This document shows positions 33,011 to 33,827 of a stretch of DNA of 33,827 nucleotides, in pieces. A program made the translations under genes and the position numbers. This stretch comes from Clostridiales bacterium (lineage in GTDB: Bacteria; Bacillota; Clostridia; Oscillospirales; CAG-272). The stretch lies in NCBI GenBank assembly GCA_016281895.1, contig JAEEJM010000123.1:1-33827 (forward strand), in the 5' to 3' direction. The notes below the pieces were generated by a model. The model ran no database searches. It had not been told where the DNA came from and was given only the letters and a program-made list of their open reading frames with translations. Every line of letters begins with the position of its first letter. Within the stretch, counting starts at the first letter, position 1.

Positions 33011-33827
33011 ATGGGAAGGTTCGAGGTGCTGAACGCGTATGCCAAGGTCAACCTGTTCCTGGAGATCGCCGGTAAGAGGCCCGACGGCTATCACACTCTT
33101 GACAGCGTGATGCAGTCGGTCTCGCTCAGCGACACCGTCAGGGTCGAGCTGACAGACGGCGGGATAGAGCTCTCGTGCTCGGACCCGTCCCTGCCTTGCG
33201 GCCGCGAGAACACGGCTGCCAGGGCCGCCGGGGCCTTCTTCGCGGCCTCGGGCGCCGGAGGGGGCTGCAGGATAAGGATCGACAAGCGGATCCCGTCGCA
33301 GGCCGGCCTCGGAGGCGGCAGCGCCGACGCGGCCGCCGTTCTGGCGTCGCTCGAACGCCTCTGCGGAGGGCCTCTCGGCGTGTCCGGCCTCCGGGACGTC
33401 GCGGCCCGGGTAGGGTCGGACGTGCCCTTCTGCCTTGCCGGAGGGCTCCGGCGGGTCGGCGGGGCCGGCGAGCTTACCGGTCCGAGGCTGAATGGCCCGA
33501 AGCTCCATCTGCTCATCTCAAAGCCCGTAATGGGCATCAGCACCCCCGGCGCTTACTCGGAGCTCGACCGCCTTCACGGGAACTTTCTCGGCCATGAGGC
33601 CGAGCGCCCCGACAGGCTCATGTGCGCGCTTGACTCGGGCTGCGCCGGCACCGTCGCCGACGGCCTGTACAACCGCTTCGAGGAGGTCCTGCCGACCGTC
33701 TGCCCGGCGGCCGGAGACTTTCTTGCCGGGCTGCGCCGACTGTTCGGCAGAGCGCTGATGTCCGGCAGCGGATCGTCGGCCTTTGCCGTGTTCGGCACCG
33801 AGGAAGAGGCGGTCTGCGCCCTCGGTC
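33011..33827 (+). CDS. ispE: 4-diphosphocytidyl-2-C-methyl-D-erythritol kinase, truncated by the right window edge
   Basis: Absent from the ORF track; hand translation gives MGRFEVLNAYAKVNLFLEIAGKRPDGYH, KRIPSQAGLGGGSADAA, VGSDVPF, NRFE, MSGSGS; GGAGGT RBS. Confidence 0.95.
   Translation, partial: MGRFEVLNAYAKVNLFLEIAGKRPDGYHTLDSVMQSVSLSDTVRVELTDGGIELSCSDPSLPCGRENTAARAAGAFFAASGAGGGCRIRIDKRIPSQAGLGGGSADAAAVLASLERLCGGPLGVSGLRDVAARVGSDVPFCLAGGLRRVGGAGELTGPRLNGPKLHLLISKPVMGISTPGAYSELDRLHGNFLGHEAERPDRLMCALDSGCAGTVADGLYNRFEEVLPTVCPAAGDFLAGLRRLFGRALMSGSGSSAFAVFGTEEEAVCALG

Noticed and set aside
32812-33051. 80-aa N-terminal extension of HtpG in the ORF track (likewise upstream starts for htrA, comEC, the ATPase, the first permease and rqcP)
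   Set aside because: The extensions run through promoters or upstream genes; downstream starts have better RBSs or start-stop coupling.
32939-33798. ORFs listed at the right edge
   Set aside because: They are shadow frames of ispE, which starts at 33011 and is open to the window end.
1-33827. Prophage, IS, integrase or defence island
   Set aside because: No such genes recognised; AT-rich patches are limited to promoter regions.

Overview
GC-rich chromosomal segment that reads like an uncultured Bacillota/Clostridia genome (inferred from sigma-A promoters, GGAGG RBSs, AddB, class B sortase, CdaA/CdaR, HemZ). Mostly housekeeping; no recognisable mobile element, CRISPR array, tRNA or rRNA. Gene order: addB (partial, -), queG-like (-), htrA-response regulator-histidine kinase (+), srtB-GT2 glycosyltransferase-secreted lectin/Ig/C39-like protein (+), mscL (-), stand-alone ComEC-type metallo-beta-lactamase (-) divergent from comEC (+), guanine-type purine riboswitch with a BMP-family nucleoside ABC transporter (+), cdaA-cdaR-rseC-like (+), recJ-rel-hemZ-rqcP(yabO)-divIC-like-TSCPD protein (+), htpG (-), ispE (partial, +). 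Best leads, all hypotheses: (1) a CdaR ending in a Pro-rich tail with (S/P)PxTG motifs of the clostridial sortase-B type, which could tether it to the wall; (2) an intergenic array of CTTCAY hexamers alternating with GC hairpins; (3) a coupled sortase B/glycosyltransferase/lectin-peptidase operon; (4) a ComEC with a degenerate nuclease domain facing a divergent intact stand-alone nuclease; (5) an almost adenine-free leader upstream of queG-addB. All calls come from motif reading by eye; no searches were run.
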